Counted from the stretch's first letter, positions 1 to 10,024 are shown. The stretch is 64,000 nucleotides of DNA from an uncultured Actinomycetota bacterium (GCA_963728775.1 CAVSLP010000009.1:1429-65428); one strand, 5' to 3'. Numbers and translations are program-made. Notes: a model not told the origin generated them from the sequence alone.

Positions 1-775
1 TCGTGCGGACGGTGCGCTTGGCCCGCGGCTTGGTGACGTACGTCGGCAGGGTGACCGGCAGCGGGTCCCACAGCGAGCCGCCGTCCACGGTCGGGACCGC
101 GACCGCGTCGAGGACCGCCACCGGGATGGCCACGGTGTCCTCGTTCGGGTCCACCTCCTCGAAGCCCTGCTCGTTGCGGGCGACCTCGCGGGCGACCCGG
201 CGGGCGGCCGGCCCGCGCAGGCTCCCGTCCTGGGCCTCGACCCGGGCAGCGCGACGCGGGGTGACCCCGGTGTCGGCAGACCCGACGAGCTCGCGGTCCC
301 AGGCGGCGGCCTCCTCGCGGCGGACCTGGGTGCGGCACAGCACCAGGTAGAGCACCGTGAGCGCCACCGGAACGGTGACCGACCACCAAGAAAGCACGGC
401 CGCGGCGGCGAGGCCGGCGACGGCCAGGTCGAGCAGGGCCAGGAACGACAGGATCCGGCGACGGCGGCGGGCCGCGGCACGCGCGGCGGCCCGGCGGGCG
501 GCCGGGCGCGGCCCGGTAGGCACCGGCTGCGCGGCCGGCGTCTGCGCCTCGGGCACCAGCATCCGGGGGTTGTCCGCGGCGCGGGGCGGCGTGACCACCA
601 GGCGGGCGTCTCGCCGGTTCACCGGCTCGCGGCGGGCCAGCACCCGCATCGCGGTCGAGAACCGGTCGATGGAGCGGGTCCGCGCCACCTCGTCATGGTG
701 CCGGAGCGCCTTCGGAATCAGATAGACGGCCCACGCGACCGCGAGCACTACGAAGATGATTCCTGACAGGTCCAC
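1..775 (-). CDS. SepX/GlpR-like actinobacterial divisome membrane protein, 3' end cut by window edge (absent from supplied ORF track)
   Basis: Manual minus-strand translation from GTG at 775: VDLSGIIFVVLAVAWAVYLIPKALRHHDEVARTRSIDRFSTAMRVLARRE... The N-terminal TM helix plus RFSxAxR motif resemble SepX/GlpR. The frame stays open to base 1 with high GC3. It sits beside rimJ/moeA as in other actinobacteria. Confidence 0.6.
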   Translation of the reverse strand, partial: MDLSGIIFVVLAVAWAVYLIPKALRHHDEVARTRSIDRFSTAMRVLARREPVNRRDARLVVTPPRAADNPRMLVPEAQTPAAQPVPTGPRPAARRAAARAAARRRRRILSFLALLDLAVAGLAAAAVLSWWSVTVPVALTVLYLVLCRTQVRREEAAAWDRELVGSADTGVTPRRAARVEAQDGSLRGPAARRVAREVARNEQGFEEVDPNEDTVAIPVAVLDAVAVPTVDGGSLWDPLPVTLPTYVTKPRAKRTVRT

Positions 776-876
776 GCCTCAGACGATAGGAGCGGTGCGG
801 CAATCCGCCCCGCAAGTCAACCGGTGTGTCGCAAATGAACTCGTGTGACTGATGTGAAAGTTGCAGATCCGGAGCG

Positions 877-1410
877 TCAGGGCCCGGCGTCCCCGGCCTC
901 CTGGCCTCCGGCGAGCCGGAACCGGCGCAGCAGCCCACCCTCGCACTCCTCCACGGTGAGCGCGAACAGCCGGTGGTCCCGCCAGTCGCCGTCGATGTGC
1001 AGGTAGCGCCGCGCGTACCCGACCTCGGTGAACCCGAGCTTCTCCACCACGCGCAGGCTCGCGGTGTTCTCGGGCCGGATCGCCACCTCGATCCGGTGCA
1101 GGTTCATCTCGAACAGGCAGTAGTCCACGACCAGGGCCACCGCGGTCGGGATCACGTTCTGCCCCGCGTAGCGCTCGTCCACCCAGTAGCCCACCTGTCC
1201 CCAGCGCGCGGAGCCGCCGACGATGTTGGTGACCGTGAGCTGGCCGGCGAACACCCCGTCCACGGTGACCGCGAACGGCAGCGCCCGGCGTTCCCGGGCC
1301 TGCCGGCGCAGGTCGCGCACCAGCCCCCGGAAGTCGCGCGGCGCGGACTTGTCGCCCGGCGGCACGGTGGCCTCCCAGGGCTTCAGCCAGGCGGCGTTGC
1401 GGCGGCGCAC
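877..1410 (-). CDS. rimJ: GNAT family N-acetyltransferase (RimJ/RimL-like); the N-terminus appears to continue to 1459 in another frame
   Basis: ORF 877..1410 reads RRRNAAWLKPWEAT...FAGQLTVTNIVGGSARWGQVGYWVDERYAGQNV...HRIEVAIRPENTASLRVVEKLGF, a typical ribosomal-protein-alanine acetyltransferase pattern. Confidence 0.8.
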   Translation of the reverse strand: MRRRNAAWLKPWEATVPPGDKSAPRDFRGLVRDLRRQARERRALPFAVTVDGVFAGQLTVTNIVGGSARWGQVGYWVDERYAGQNVIPTAVALVVDYCLFEMNLHRIEVAIRPENTASLRVVEKLGFTEVGYARRYLHIDGDWRDHRLFALTVEECEGGLLRRFRLAGGQEAGDAGP

Positions 1411-1494
1411 CTCGGCCCAGGCGTTTCGCGTCGCGCATCCCGAGGGGACGCAGACCCACCCGCCCGGCCTGCAGCTCGACGCGCCAAGGGGGGT

Positions 1495-1965
1495 TCAGTG
1501 GTCGCTCCCGACGATCTGCTCCACGGCGTGCCGGAGCAGGGGCACGACGACCGCGAGCCCGTCCTTCACCCCGCCCCGCGACCCGGGCAGGTTCACCACG
1601 AGCGCCTGCCCGCTCACCCCGGCCAGCCCGCGGGACAGCGCCGCGGTGGGCACGCCGTGCGCGACGCCGTACGCGCGGATCGCCTCGGCGATGCCGGGGA
1701 CCTCGCGGTCCAGCAGCGGTCGGGTGGCCTCGGGGGTCAGGTCGGTCGGGGTCAGCCCCGTGCCGCCCGTGGTGAGCACCGCCCGCGCCCCGCCGGCGAC
1801 GGCGTCCCGGATCGCGTCCGCGACCGGCTGCCCGTCCGGTACGACGACCGGGCCGGTGACCTCGAAGCCGACCTCCCGCAGCGCCGCGACGATGACCGGT
1901 CCGCCGGTGTCCTCGTAGACGCCCGCGGCCGCCCGGTTGGACGCGGTGACGACCGTGGCCCTCAC
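1495..1965 (-). CDS. moaB: MoaB/Mog-family molybdenum cofactor biosynthesis protein
   Basis: From GTG at 1965 (GTGA overlap with the moaC stop): [23 protein letters not shown]...[18 protein letters not shown]...VNLPGSRGG, the MoCF-biosynthesis domain signature. Confidence 0.85.
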   Translation of the reverse strand: MRATVVTASNRAAAGVYEDTGGPVIVAALREVGFEVTGPVVVPDGQPVADAIRDAVAGGARAVLTTGGTGLTPTDLTPEATRPLLDREVPGIAEAIRAYGVAHGVPTAALSRGLAGVSGQALVVNLPGSRGGVKDGLAVVVPLLRHAVEQIVGSDH

Positions 1966-2450
1966 GGGTGCGCCCGGTGGTAGGGGCCGGACTTGCCTCC
2001 GGTCTTGGACTCGACCCGGACGTCGGTGATCACCGCGCCCTTGTCCACGGCCTTGACCATGTCCACCACGGTCAGCGCCGCCACGGACACCGAGGTCAGC
2101 GCCTCCATCTCCACGCCGGTGCGGTCGGTGGTGCGCACGGTGGCGGTGATCTCCACCGCGTCGTCGGCGACCAGCAGGTCGACGACGACCCCGGAGATCG
2201 CCAGCGGGTGGCACAGCGGGACCAGGTCGGGGGTGCGCTTCGCGGCCATGATGCCCGCGACCCGGGCCACCCCGAGCGCGTCGCCCTTCGGCACCCCCTC
2301 GCCGCGCAGCAGCGCCACCACGGCCGGCGAGACGAGCACCCGCCCGGTGGCGACCGCCTCCCGCCGGGTGACGTCCTTGGCGGACACGTCGACCATCCGG
2401 GCCGCGCCGGCCTCGTCGACATGGGTCAGCCGCGGCTCCTCGGCGGCCAT
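1962..2450 (-). CDS. moaC: cyclic pyranopterin monophosphate synthase MoaC
   Basis: 162-aa ORF: [25 protein letters not shown]...[14 protein letters not shown]...[26 protein letters not shown]. This is canonical MoaC. Confidence 0.93.
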   Translation of the reverse strand: MAAEEPRLTHVDEAGAARMVDVSAKDVTRREAVATGRVLVSPAVVALLRGEGVPKGDALGVARVAGIMAAKRTPDLVPLCHPLAISGVVVDLLVADDAVEITATVRTTDRTGVEMEALTSVSVAALTVVDMVKAVDKGAVITDVRVESKTGGKSGPYHRAHP

Positions 2451-2451
2451 C

Positions 2452-3702
2452 TCAGAAGTCCCGGTCCAGCACGAGCACCTGCACCTGGGAGCCGGGCGCC
2501 ACGCCGGTCACGTCCTCGGGCACCACGATCAGCGCGTTGGCCTCCGACAGGTCACCCATCAGGTGGGAGCCGTGGCCGCCGACGGGGGTGACGTGCGCGC
2601 CCTTGCCGTCGATCTCGAAGTGCGCGCGCACGAACTGGCGGCGGTCGGGCGCCGAGGAGAACCCCACGGACGTCAGCGCCCGCACCATCGGACGCCGGTA
2701 GGGAACCCGGCCCATCATCCGGCGGATCGCGGGCACCACGAACACCTCGAACGAGACGTACGACGAGACCGGGTTGCCGGGCAGCGTGATGATCGGTGTC
2801 GCGTCCTCGCCGACGAAGCCGAACCCCTGGGGCTTCCCGGGCTGCATCGCGACCTCGCCGAACGACACCGTCCCGAGCTCGGCGAGCACCTCCTTGACGA
2901 CGTCGTAGGCGCCCTTGCTCACCCCACCGCTGGTCACCACCATGTCGGCGCGGACCAGCTGGTCGGACAGTGCGTCGCGGAACTCCGAGGGGTCGTCGGA
3001 GACGATGCCGACCCGGTAGGCGATCGCGCCGGCGTTCCGCGCGGCCGCGGCCAGCATGTAGGAGTTCGCGTCGTAGATGGAGTCGTGGCCGAGCGGCGAG
3101 CCGGGCTCGCGCAGCTCCGAGCCGGTCGACATGATCACCACCCGCGGGCGCGGACGCGAACGCACCTGCGACCGGCCGACCGAGGCCAGCAGGCCGAGCT
3201 GCCGGGGGCCGAGCAGGGTGCCGTCCTCGAGGAGCACGTCGCCGACCTGCACGTCCTCGCCGCGGCGGCGCACGTGCTGGCCCCGGACCGGCGCCTGCGT
3301 GATGCGCACCGTGGCCACGCCGCCGTCGGTCCACTCGACCGGCACCACCGCGTCCGCGCCCTGCGGCACCGGCGCCCCGGTCATGATCCGCACCGAGGTG
3401 CCCGGGGAGAGCGCGAACAGCCGGGTCTGGCCGGCCGCCATCTCGCCCACCACGGGCAGGTGCACCGGGTGGTCGGTCGAGGCGGTCGCCACGTCGTCGA
3501 AGTAGACCGCGTAGCCGTCCATCGCCGAGTTGTCGAAGGACGGCAGGTCCATCGGCGCGGTGATGTCCTCGCACACCGGCAGGCCCATCGCCTCCAGCAG
3601 CGGCTGGTCGTAGGGGGGCAGCGGGACCAGCGACTCGAGGACCCGTTCGACGTGCTCGTCGACCGTGCTCATCCGGTCGCCCGGCATGAGGGGTGCGGAC
3701 AT
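2452..3702 (-). CDS. moeA: molybdopterin molybdenumtransferase MoeA (gephyrin-like); an alternative start at 3672 is possible
   Basis: 416-aa ORF with [15 protein letters not shown]..., [29 protein letters not shown] and LPGNPVSS motifs. Confidence 0.9.
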   Translation of the reverse strand: MSAPLMPGDRMSTVDEHVERVLESLVPLPPYDQPLLEAMGLPVCEDITAPMDLPSFDNSAMDGYAVYFDDVATASTDHPVHLPVVGEMAAGQTRLFALSPGTSVRIMTGAPVPQGADAVVPVEWTDGGVATVRITQAPVRGQHVRRRGEDVQVGDVLLEDGTLLGPRQLGLLASVGRSQVRSRPRPRVVIMSTGSELREPGSPLGHDSIYDANSYMLAAAARNAGAIAYRVGIVSDDPSEFRDALSDQLVRADMVVTSGGVSKGAYDVVKEVLAELGTVSFGEVAMQPGKPQGFGFVGEDATPIITLPGNPVSSYVSFEVFVVPAIRRMMGRVPYRRPMVRALTSVGFSSAPDRRQFVRAHFEIDGKGAHVTPVGGHGSHLMGDLSEANALIVVPEDVTGVAPGSQVQVLVLDRDF

Positions 3703-3718
3703 GCCTTGACCCTAACGC

Positions 3719-5095
3719 TCAGCCGACCGTGGCACCGGGTTGCACCCGCTCGGGCGCGCCCGGGTCGTCGAGCGCGGCCTCGCCGACCACGGTGACGTCG
3801 CGGCCGAACGTCCAGTCCCCGTTGACCACCAGGGCGCTCGCGTTGCGCAGCGACGGCGGCCCCGCGGGAAACCGGGCCTCGAAGTCCGCCACCAGCTTGT
3901 AGTGCGCCGGGTCGAGGTCGACGAACGGGACCTTGTCCGGGACCAGCTCGAGCACGTAGTCGTCGCGCACGTCGTAGCAGTCGGACCGCAGCACCAGCAG
4001 GTCGTTGGTGGTCTTGACCGGGACGAACCGGTCCCGGGTCACCTCGATGGTCCGGGCGCCGTCGAAGACCTCGATCGCGGCGCCCATCGCGGTCTCGATC
4101 TGGATGACCTGCGGGGTGGCCGGGTCGGCGGGGTCGACGGTCTTGGTGTTCTTGATCATCGCCAGCCCGAGGATCCCGTCGCGTCGCTCCAGCTCGTCGC
4201 GCATCGCCGCGACGTCGAACCAGAGGTTGTTCGTCGAGCAGTACTGGTGCCTGCCCAGGTCGCCCAGCGCCTCCTTGTCCTGCTCCAGCGTCTGGGCGCT
4301 CTCCCGCAGCACGATCCGGCCGTCGCTCTTGCGGGTCGCGAAGTGCCCGCCCTTCCGGTCCGAGGGGGTACGTCGCACCGCCTCGATCGCGAACGGCGCC
4401 CCGGACCGGGCGAACCAGCCGGCCACCCGCGGGTCCGGCACGGCACCGAGGTTGTCGGAGTTGGACACGAACACCTGGGTGAACCCGGCCGCGAGCATCC
4501 GCTCGAGCAGGCCGCTGCTGTGCAGGACGGTGTAGAGGTCCCCGTGCCCGGGCGGGCACCACTCCAGGGCGGGCTCCTTCTCCCAGGACACCGGGGTCAG
4601 GTCGTCGGCGCGCAGCTTCGGCTCCTTGTTCTGCAGGAACTCCAGCGGCAGTCCGTCGTACCCGAGGTCGTCGTAGCGCGCGAGCGCCGCCCGGGTGTCG
4701 GCGGAGGTGCGGAAGCTGTTCATGAACAGCAGCGGCAGCGCCGCGTCGTAGCGCTCCCGCAGCGCCAGCACCTGCCGGGCGATGACGTCGAGGAAGCTCA
4801 CCCCGTCGCGGACCTCGAGCAGCGACTTCGCCCGGTCCATGCCCATCGAGGTGCCCAGCCCGCCGTTCAGCTTGATCACCACCGTCTTGCCGATCGCCTC
4901 GCGGGCCACCTCGTCGGGTACGTCGGCGTCGGCGAGCGCGGGCATCTCCAGCGGCTCGATGCTGGACTCCGGGACCATCCCGGTCTCCCCCGACTCGACC
5001 AGCCGGTAGTAGTGCGCGAACACCTCGGTCGCGAGCGGGTCGACGCCCTCGGCGGCCATCTTCTCGCGTGCCTGCTGCAGTCCTTCGTCGCTCAT
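3719..5095 (-). CDS. UTP--glucose-1-phosphate uridylyltransferase (UDPGP/UGPase family)
   Basis: 458-aa ORF with VIKLNGGLGTSMGMDRAKSLLEVRDG and the downstream NSDNLGA motif, as in UDP-sugar pyrophosphorylases. Confidence 0.85.
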   Translation of the reverse strand: MSDEGLQQAREKMAAEGVDPLATEVFAHYYRLVESGETGMVPESSIEPLEMPALADADVPDEVAREAIGKTVVIKLNGGLGTSMGMDRAKSLLEVRDGVSFLDVIARQVLALRERYDAALPLLFMNSFRTSADTRAALARYDDLGYDGLPLEFLQNKEPKLRADDLTPVSWEKEPALEWCPPGHGDLYTVLHSSGLLERMLAAGFTQVFVSNSDNLGAVPDPRVAGWFARSGAPFAIEAVRRTPSDRKGGHFATRKSDGRIVLRESAQTLEQDKEALGDLGRHQYCSTNNLWFDVAAMRDELERRDGILGLAMIKNTKTVDPADPATPQVIQIETAMGAAIEVFDGARTIEVTRDRFVPVKTTNDLLVLRSDCYDVRDDYVLELVPDKVPFVDLDPAHYKLVADFEARFPAGPPSLRNASALVVNGDWTFGRDVTVVGEAALDDPGAPERVQPGATVG

Positions 5096-5134
5096 GCGCA
5101 GAGGTTATCCGGGTGGGGCGATAGCGTCGGGGGC

Positions 5135-5728
5135 GTGGACCCGATCGAGGCACAGAAGATCGCGCTGCGCGACCAGCTGGTCACCGCGCGGGGACGCCGA
5201 CCGCTGCTCGAGGTGAGCCGGGGCGCCCGGGCGATCGCCGAGCGGCTGCTGGAGACCCCGGAGGTACGACGGGCCGCGACCGTCGCGGCCTACGTCTCGA
5301 TCGGGACCGAGCCCGGGACCGGGCCGCTGCTGGACCTGCTCACCGCCGCCGGCAAGCGGGTGATCCTGCCGGTGCTCTTGCCCGACAACGACCTGGACTG
5401 GGCGCGCTACACCGGCCCGGTCGACCTGATGCCGGCGGGCCGCGGGCTGCTCGAGCCGCCCGGCCCGCACCTCGGGCCGGACGCGGTCGCCACCGCCGAC
5501 GTGGTGCTCGCCCCCGCGCTGGCCGTGGACGCCTCGGGCATGCGGCTCGGCCGCGGCGGCGGCTCCTACGACCGGGTGCTCGGCCGGGTCCCGGTCGGCA
5601 CCTTCGTGTGCACGCTGCTCTACGACGGGGAGCTGCTCACCGAGGTCCCCGCCGAGCGCCACGACCGCCGGGTCTCGGCGGTGGTGACCCCCGGCGGGGT
5701 CAGGAGGTTCTTTCCGGCACCAGGGTGA
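5135..5728 (+). CDS. 5-formyltetrahydrofolate cyclo-ligase
   Basis: In-frame GTG at 5135 inside the long ORF 3740..5728: VDPIEAQKIALRDQL...AAYVSIGTEPGT..LL...GKRVILPV...PALAVDASGMRLGRGGGSYDR. Confidence 0.85.
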   Translation: MDPIEAQKIALRDQLVTARGRRPLLEVSRGARAIAERLLETPEVRRAATVAAYVSIGTEPGTGPLLDLLTAAGKRVILPVLLPDNDLDWARYTGPVDLMPAGRGLLEPPGPHLGPDAVATADVVLAPALAVDASGMRLGRGGGSYDRVLGRVPVGTFVCTLLYDGELLTEVPAERHDRRVSAVVTPGGVRRFFPAPG

Positions 5729-8324
5729 GCCGGTCCTCGGCCGCGTCCTCGACGGCGGTGCGCGAGTACGGCCACGGCAGGTGCCGGCCGTCGACCCAGA
5801 GGTCGGTCTGGTCGGTGTAGTGGCCGTCGAACGCGTGCCCGGAGACCCCGGTCAGGTTCACCCAGGTGGAGTCGTCGAAGTTCCGCAGCGACACCACCAT
5901 CCGCATCGACGGCGCGACGGTCACGTCGTAGGAGTCGGTCGAGGCGTCCCAGTGGGTGGCGTCCACGATCTCGCCGCCGCCGCCGACCTGGTAGCCGCCC
6001 CGGTTGAACAGCCAGCGGACCAGCCCGACGTCGGACTGCCCGACGGTCTGGTTCTCCAGGTTCATCCGGTGCAGGTGCCCCCAGGTCCAGTCCACCGCGC
6101 GGCGTGCCTGCCGGCGGACCAGCTCGTCGCGGGCGTCGGACATCGCCTGGGCGAGGATGTCGTCGCGGGTCTCCACCACCCCGTCGGTGTCGGTGTTGTC
6201 CCACCACGGGCTGTTCGGATGCGCCAGCAGCCGCCGCATCACCTCGAACCAGCGCCCGTCGCCGTCCGGCCAGATGGACTGCTGCAGCTGGTCGTGGAAG
6301 GTCAGCGCCAGCGTGTTCTTCCAGACGGCGTTGTAGTAGGCCGCGGCGGCCGACCCGGGCCCCTCCTGGTAGTCCCAGTTCTCCAGCAGCCGCTGCCCGG
6401 CGGCCAGGTAGTCCGAGGGCAGGAAGATGTTCTCCAGGTAGGGCACGAAGGTGGGCGCGAACCCGTTGCGGGTGTCGAGCTGGATCGCGGACATGTCGGC
6501 GGGGCTGAGCCGGGCCTTGCGCTGCAGCAGCTCCACGATCCGCTGGCTGCGGTAGCCGTAGGACCACGAGTCCCCGAGGTAGTAGGGGTAGCTCTTGCCG
6601 ATCACCGCCTGGTTCGCGGTGGCCACGAACCCGTCCTTCGGGTCGAGCACGCTCGGCAGCGCGTCGAAGGGGACGTACTTGCCGGTCCAGTCGTGGGAGG
6701 GCTTCCAGCCCTCGGCCGGGTAGTCACCGGTGTTGCCCGACTTGCGGATCGGGATCAGCCCGGGTGCCTGGTAGCCGATGTGCCCGTCCCGGTCCGCGTA
6801 GACCAGGTTCTGCGAGGGCACCGCGAAGTCCTTGGCCGCGGCGCGGAACTGCTCCCAGTCGGTCGCCTTGTCGAACTCGAACACGGCGTCCGCGGTGTTG
6901 CTCGGCGTCAGCGCCGTCCAGGACAGCGCCACCGCGTAGCCGTTCCCGCGGGGCGGCGCGGGGCCGTCGACGGGTGCGTTGGCGCCGACCGTGGACAGCT
7001 GCGCCGAGACGTCCGAGAGCAGCGGCCCGTGCTTCGTGGAGCGCACGGTGAACCGGAACGGCTCGGTCTCCCCCTCGATCTTGATCGACTCGTCGTGCAT
7101 CCGCAGCGGCAGCCGTTTGCCGCCGTACTCGTAGGTCTTGCCGTCGACCTTCTCCAGGTACAGGTCGGTCACGTCCGGGCCCAGGTTGGTGAACCCCCAG
7201 GCGATCTGCTGGTTGTGCCCGATCACCACCCCCGGCATCCCGGAGAACGTGAACCCGGAGACGTCGAACGGGCAGGACGGGGTGAGCCGGGTGCAGTGCA
7301 GCCCCATCTGGTACCAGATGCCGGGGATCGAGGTGCCCAGGTGCGGGTCGTTGGCCAGCAGCGGCATCCCGGTCGTGGAGTGCGCGCCGTCCACCACCCA
7401 GGAGTTCGACCCGATCCCCGAACCGCGGCCGAGCATCTGCGGCAGGTGGGCGAGGCCGCGCTTCAGCTGGTCCAGCGCCCGGACCTCGCCGGCGTTCACC
7501 GGGGGCCGGGCCGGCTTGCGGGTGCCGCCCCGGGTGGCGTCCTGCTCGAAGACGCCGTCGACGACCGCGCCCTGGTCCACGATCGGCCGGTGCCGGCGGT
7601 AGGGGTAGCCGGGGTAGAGCTGCGCGATCTCGGCCGGGGTGTGGTGGGCCGAGGCGATGGCCCGGGTGATCTCGTCCTTCATGTTCTCGCGCAGGTCCCA
7701 CGCCATCGCCTTCATCCAGGCCAGCGAGTCCACCGGGGTCCAGTCCTCGGGCGCGTAGTTCAGCCCGTTCAGCGCGAGCACGGAGTACTCCAGCGACATC
7801 TGCGACGGGCTGTGCGAGTGGATGTAGGCGTTCACCCCGGCGCTGTAGGCGTCCAGGTAGCTCACCGTCTCGGGGTTGAGCAGGGCGAGCTCCCGCTCCG
7901 CGACCCGGCGCCAGCCCATCGTGCGGATGAACATGTCGGCCTTCAAGGTGGTGCGGCCGAACATCTCCGAGAGCCGCCCGGCGGTGATGTGCCGCCGCAC
8001 GTCCATCTCGAAGAACCGGTCCTGCGCCTGCACGAAACCCTGCGCGTAGAACAGGTCCTTCGCGGAGTCGGCGTACACCTGCGGGATGCCGTGGGCGTCG
8101 CGGAGCACGGTCACCTTCGACCCGAGCCCCGGCACCTCGATCTGGCCGGTGGTCTGCGGGAACGACTTGCGCACCACCACCACGCCCGCGACCAGGGCCG
8201 CTAGCACCACCAGCACGAGCACCACGACGCCGTACGTCGACCACCGCGCGGCTCGGGACCAGGACCGGAACGGCCGACGGGTCTCGCGGGGGGGCTCATC
8301 GGGACTGGCGGCGGCGTCGGACAC
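5700..8324 (-). CDS. penicillin acylase family protein (Ntn hydrolase), N-terminal membrane anchor or signal
   Basis: 874-aa ORF with a TM helix (VVVLVLVVLAALVAGVVVV), the catalytic-site context GSGIGSNSWVVDG..STTGMPLLANDPHLG, and the length typical of the family. Confidence 0.85.
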   Translation of the reverse strand: MSDAAASPDEPPRETRRPFRSWSRAARWSTYGVVVLVLVVLAALVAGVVVVRKSFPQTTGQIEVPGLGSKVTVLRDAHGIPQVYADSAKDLFYAQGFVQAQDRFFEMDVRRHITAGRLSEMFGRTTLKADMFIRTMGWRRVAERELALLNPETVSYLDAYSAGVNAYIHSHSPSQMSLEYSVLALNGLNYAPEDWTPVDSLAWMKAMAWDLRENMKDEITRAIASAHHTPAEIAQLYPGYPYRRHRPIVDQGAVVDGVFEQDATRGGTRKPARPPVNAGEVRALDQLKRGLAHLPQMLGRGSGIGSNSWVVDGAHSTTGMPLLANDPHLGTSIPGIWYQMGLHCTRLTPSCPFDVSGFTFSGMPGVVIGHNQQIAWGFTNLGPDVTDLYLEKVDGKTYEYGGKRLPLRMHDESIKIEGETEPFRFTVRSTKHGPLLSDVSAQLSTVGANAPVDGPAPPRGNGYAVALSWTALTPSNTADAVFEFDKATDWEQFRAAAKDFAVPSQNLVYADRDGHIGYQAPGLIPIRKSGNTGDYPAEGWKPSHDWTGKYVPFDALPSVLDPKDGFVATANQAVIGKSYPYYLGDSWSYGYRSQRIVELLQRKARLSPADMSAIQLDTRNGFAPTFVPYLENIFLPSDYLAAGQRLLENWDYQEGPGSAAAAYYNAVWKNTLALTFHDQLQQSIWPDGDGRWFEVMRRLLAHPNSPWWDNTDTDGVVETRDDILAQAMSDARDELVRRQARRAVDWTWGHLHRMNLENQTVGQSDVGLVRWLFNRGGYQVGGGGEIVDATHWDASTDSYDVTVAPSMRMVVSLRNFDDSTWVNLTGVSGHAFDGHYTDQTDLWVDGRHLPWPYSRTAVEDAAEDRLTLVPERTS

Positions 8325-8485
8325 GGCCGCAATTGTGCCCCACCGGGGTCCGCCGTCCCGCCGGAGCGCCCCCGATCGGGCGCGGGAAGTTTACGAAACG
8401 CCCCGCTGTTGGAATAATTGGCAGTCGAGCCCCCGGAGTGCCAATCGCTGCGCGGGGCCCTGGTCTGAGATCCCGTGGAGGACAC

Positions 8486-8809
8486 GTGCCCACCTATCAG
8501 TACGCCTGCACCGAGTGCGACCACGCGTTCGAGCAGTTCCAGAGCTTCAGCGAGGACTCACTGACGGTCTGCCCGCAGTGCGCGGGCCGGCTCCGCAAGG
8601 TGTTCAACGCGGTGGGCGTGGTCTTCAAGGGCTCGGGCTTCTACCGCACCGACAGCCGGACCGACAGCCGCACCGACAACGGCTCCGACGCGAAGCCCGC
8701 GGCGGCGAAGCCCGCCAAGGCCGAGTCGCCCTCCACGGACAGCGCCGGCTCGCCGGCGAAGGCCGAGTCGAGCAGCAGCACCACGAAGGCGGACTCCAGC
8801 GCCGCCTGA
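8486..8809 (+). CDS. FmdB-family zinc-ribbon putative regulatory protein with Ser/Ala/Lys-rich tail
   Basis: GTG at 8486: VPTYQYACTECDHAFEQFQSFSEDSLTVCPQCAGRLRKVFNAVGVVFKGSGFY. This is the CxxC...CxxC FmdB motif. Confidence 0.85.
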   Translation: MPTYQYACTECDHAFEQFQSFSEDSLTVCPQCAGRLRKVFNAVGVVFKGSGFYRTDSRTDSRTDNGSDAKPAAAKPAKAESPSTDSAGSPAKAESSSSTTKADSSAA

Positions 8810-8861
8810 GCCCTGTGGACAGCCGCCGACGCCGTCGGCGGAACTCTCCTAGCCTCGGGGG

Positions 8862-9488
8862 ATGACCCGCCTCGGACTCCTCCACCGCCGGATCCGCCGC
8901 ACGATCCTGGCCCGCCGCCGGCTGCTCGCCGCGCTCTGCGCCGGGCTCGCCGTGGCCGCCGCGCTGCAGGCGAACGCCGCACCGGCCGCGCCCCGGACCC
9001 CGGTGCTGGTGGCCGCGCGTGACCTGCCGGCGGCGGCGGTCCTCCGGGCCGGTGACCTGACCACCCGGGGCTTCGCGCCGGACAGTGTCCCGCACGGCGT
9101 CGTCGATCCGGCCGCCGCCGTGGGGCGTACGACGGTCGGCCCGGTGCGCGCCGGGGAGCCGGTGACCGACGCGCGCCTGCTCGGCCGCTCGCTGCTCGCC
9201 GGCTACCCGGGCGCGGTGGCCGCCCCCGTGCGGATCGGGGACCCGGGCGCCGCCGGGCTGCTCCGGGTCGGGGACCGCATCGACCTGATCGCCGCCGACC
9301 CGCAGGGGCGGACCGGGCCGCGGGTGCTGGCCCACGACGTCCCGGTGCTCGCCCTGCCCCACCGCGACGCCTCCGGCACCGACCTGGTCTCCGGCGCGCT
9401 GGTCGTGGTCGCGGTCCCGGAACCGACGGCGCAGGACCTGGCCGCCGCAGCGGTCTCGTCCTTCCTCTCCCTGACCATCAGCCGCTAG
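8862..9488 (+). CDS. SAF domain-containing protein (CpaB/RcpC-like)
   Basis: 208-aa ORF with an N-terminal TM or signal segment, then VLVAARDLPAAAVLRAGDL and GRTTVGPVRAGEPVTDARL patterns. It sits upstream of mscL, as is common in actinobacteria. Confidence 0.65.
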   Translation: MTRLGLLHRRIRRTILARRRLLAALCAGLAVAAALQANAAPAAPRTPVLVAARDLPAAAVLRAGDLTTRGFAPDSVPHGVVDPAAAVGRTTVGPVRAGEPVTDARLLGRSLLAGYPGAVAAPVRIGDPGAAGLLRVGDRIDLIAADPQGRTGPRVLAHDVPVLALPHRDASGTDLVSGALVVVAVPEPTAQDLAAAAVSSFLSLTISR

Positions 9489-9554
9489 CGTGAGCCCCGA
9501 CCGGCCACCGCGCGCAGCGCGCCGGCCGACCGACCCGCACGGAGGAGACCAGAC

Positions 9555-9953
9555 ATGCTCAAGGGGTTCAAGGAATTCATCATGCGCGGCAACCTGGTCG
9601 AGCTGGCCGTCGCGCTGATCATGGCGCTCGCGTTCACGGCGGTCGTGACCGCCACGGTCACCGTGATCATGGACCTGCTCGGCAAGATCGGCGGCACGCC
9701 GGACTTCTCCTCCTACGCACCGGGCGGGGTGCACGTCGGCGCGTGGATCACCGCGATCATCTCGTTCCTGATCCTGGCCGCCGTCGTCTACTTCCTGATC
9801 GTGCTGCCCTACAACACCCTGCAGGCGCGGATGGCCCGCGGGGAGGAGCCGGTCTCCCCGGCGCCCGACATCGCGCTGCTCACCGAGATCCGCGACCTGC
9901 TCGCCGGCGAGCGGGGCAGCGGCACCGTCTCCGGGGGTGGCGGTCTGAGCTGA
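9555..9953 (+). CDS. mscL: large-conductance mechanosensitive channel MscL
   Basis: MLKGFKEFIMRGNLVELAVALIMALAFTAVV... is the canonical MscL N-terminus, with two TM helices. Confidence 0.93.
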   Translation: MLKGFKEFIMRGNLVELAVALIMALAFTAVVTATVTVIMDLLGKIGGTPDFSSYAPGGVHVGAWITAIISFLILAAVVYFLIVLPYNTLQARMARGEEPVSPAPDIALLTEIRDLLAGERGSGTVSGGGGLS

Positions 9954-10024
9954 CCGGGGGGTCGAGGGGCGGGCCCCCGGCCGCCCGGGGGTCGGGGAGC
10001 GGACGCCGCGGAGGTCTCGGGACC

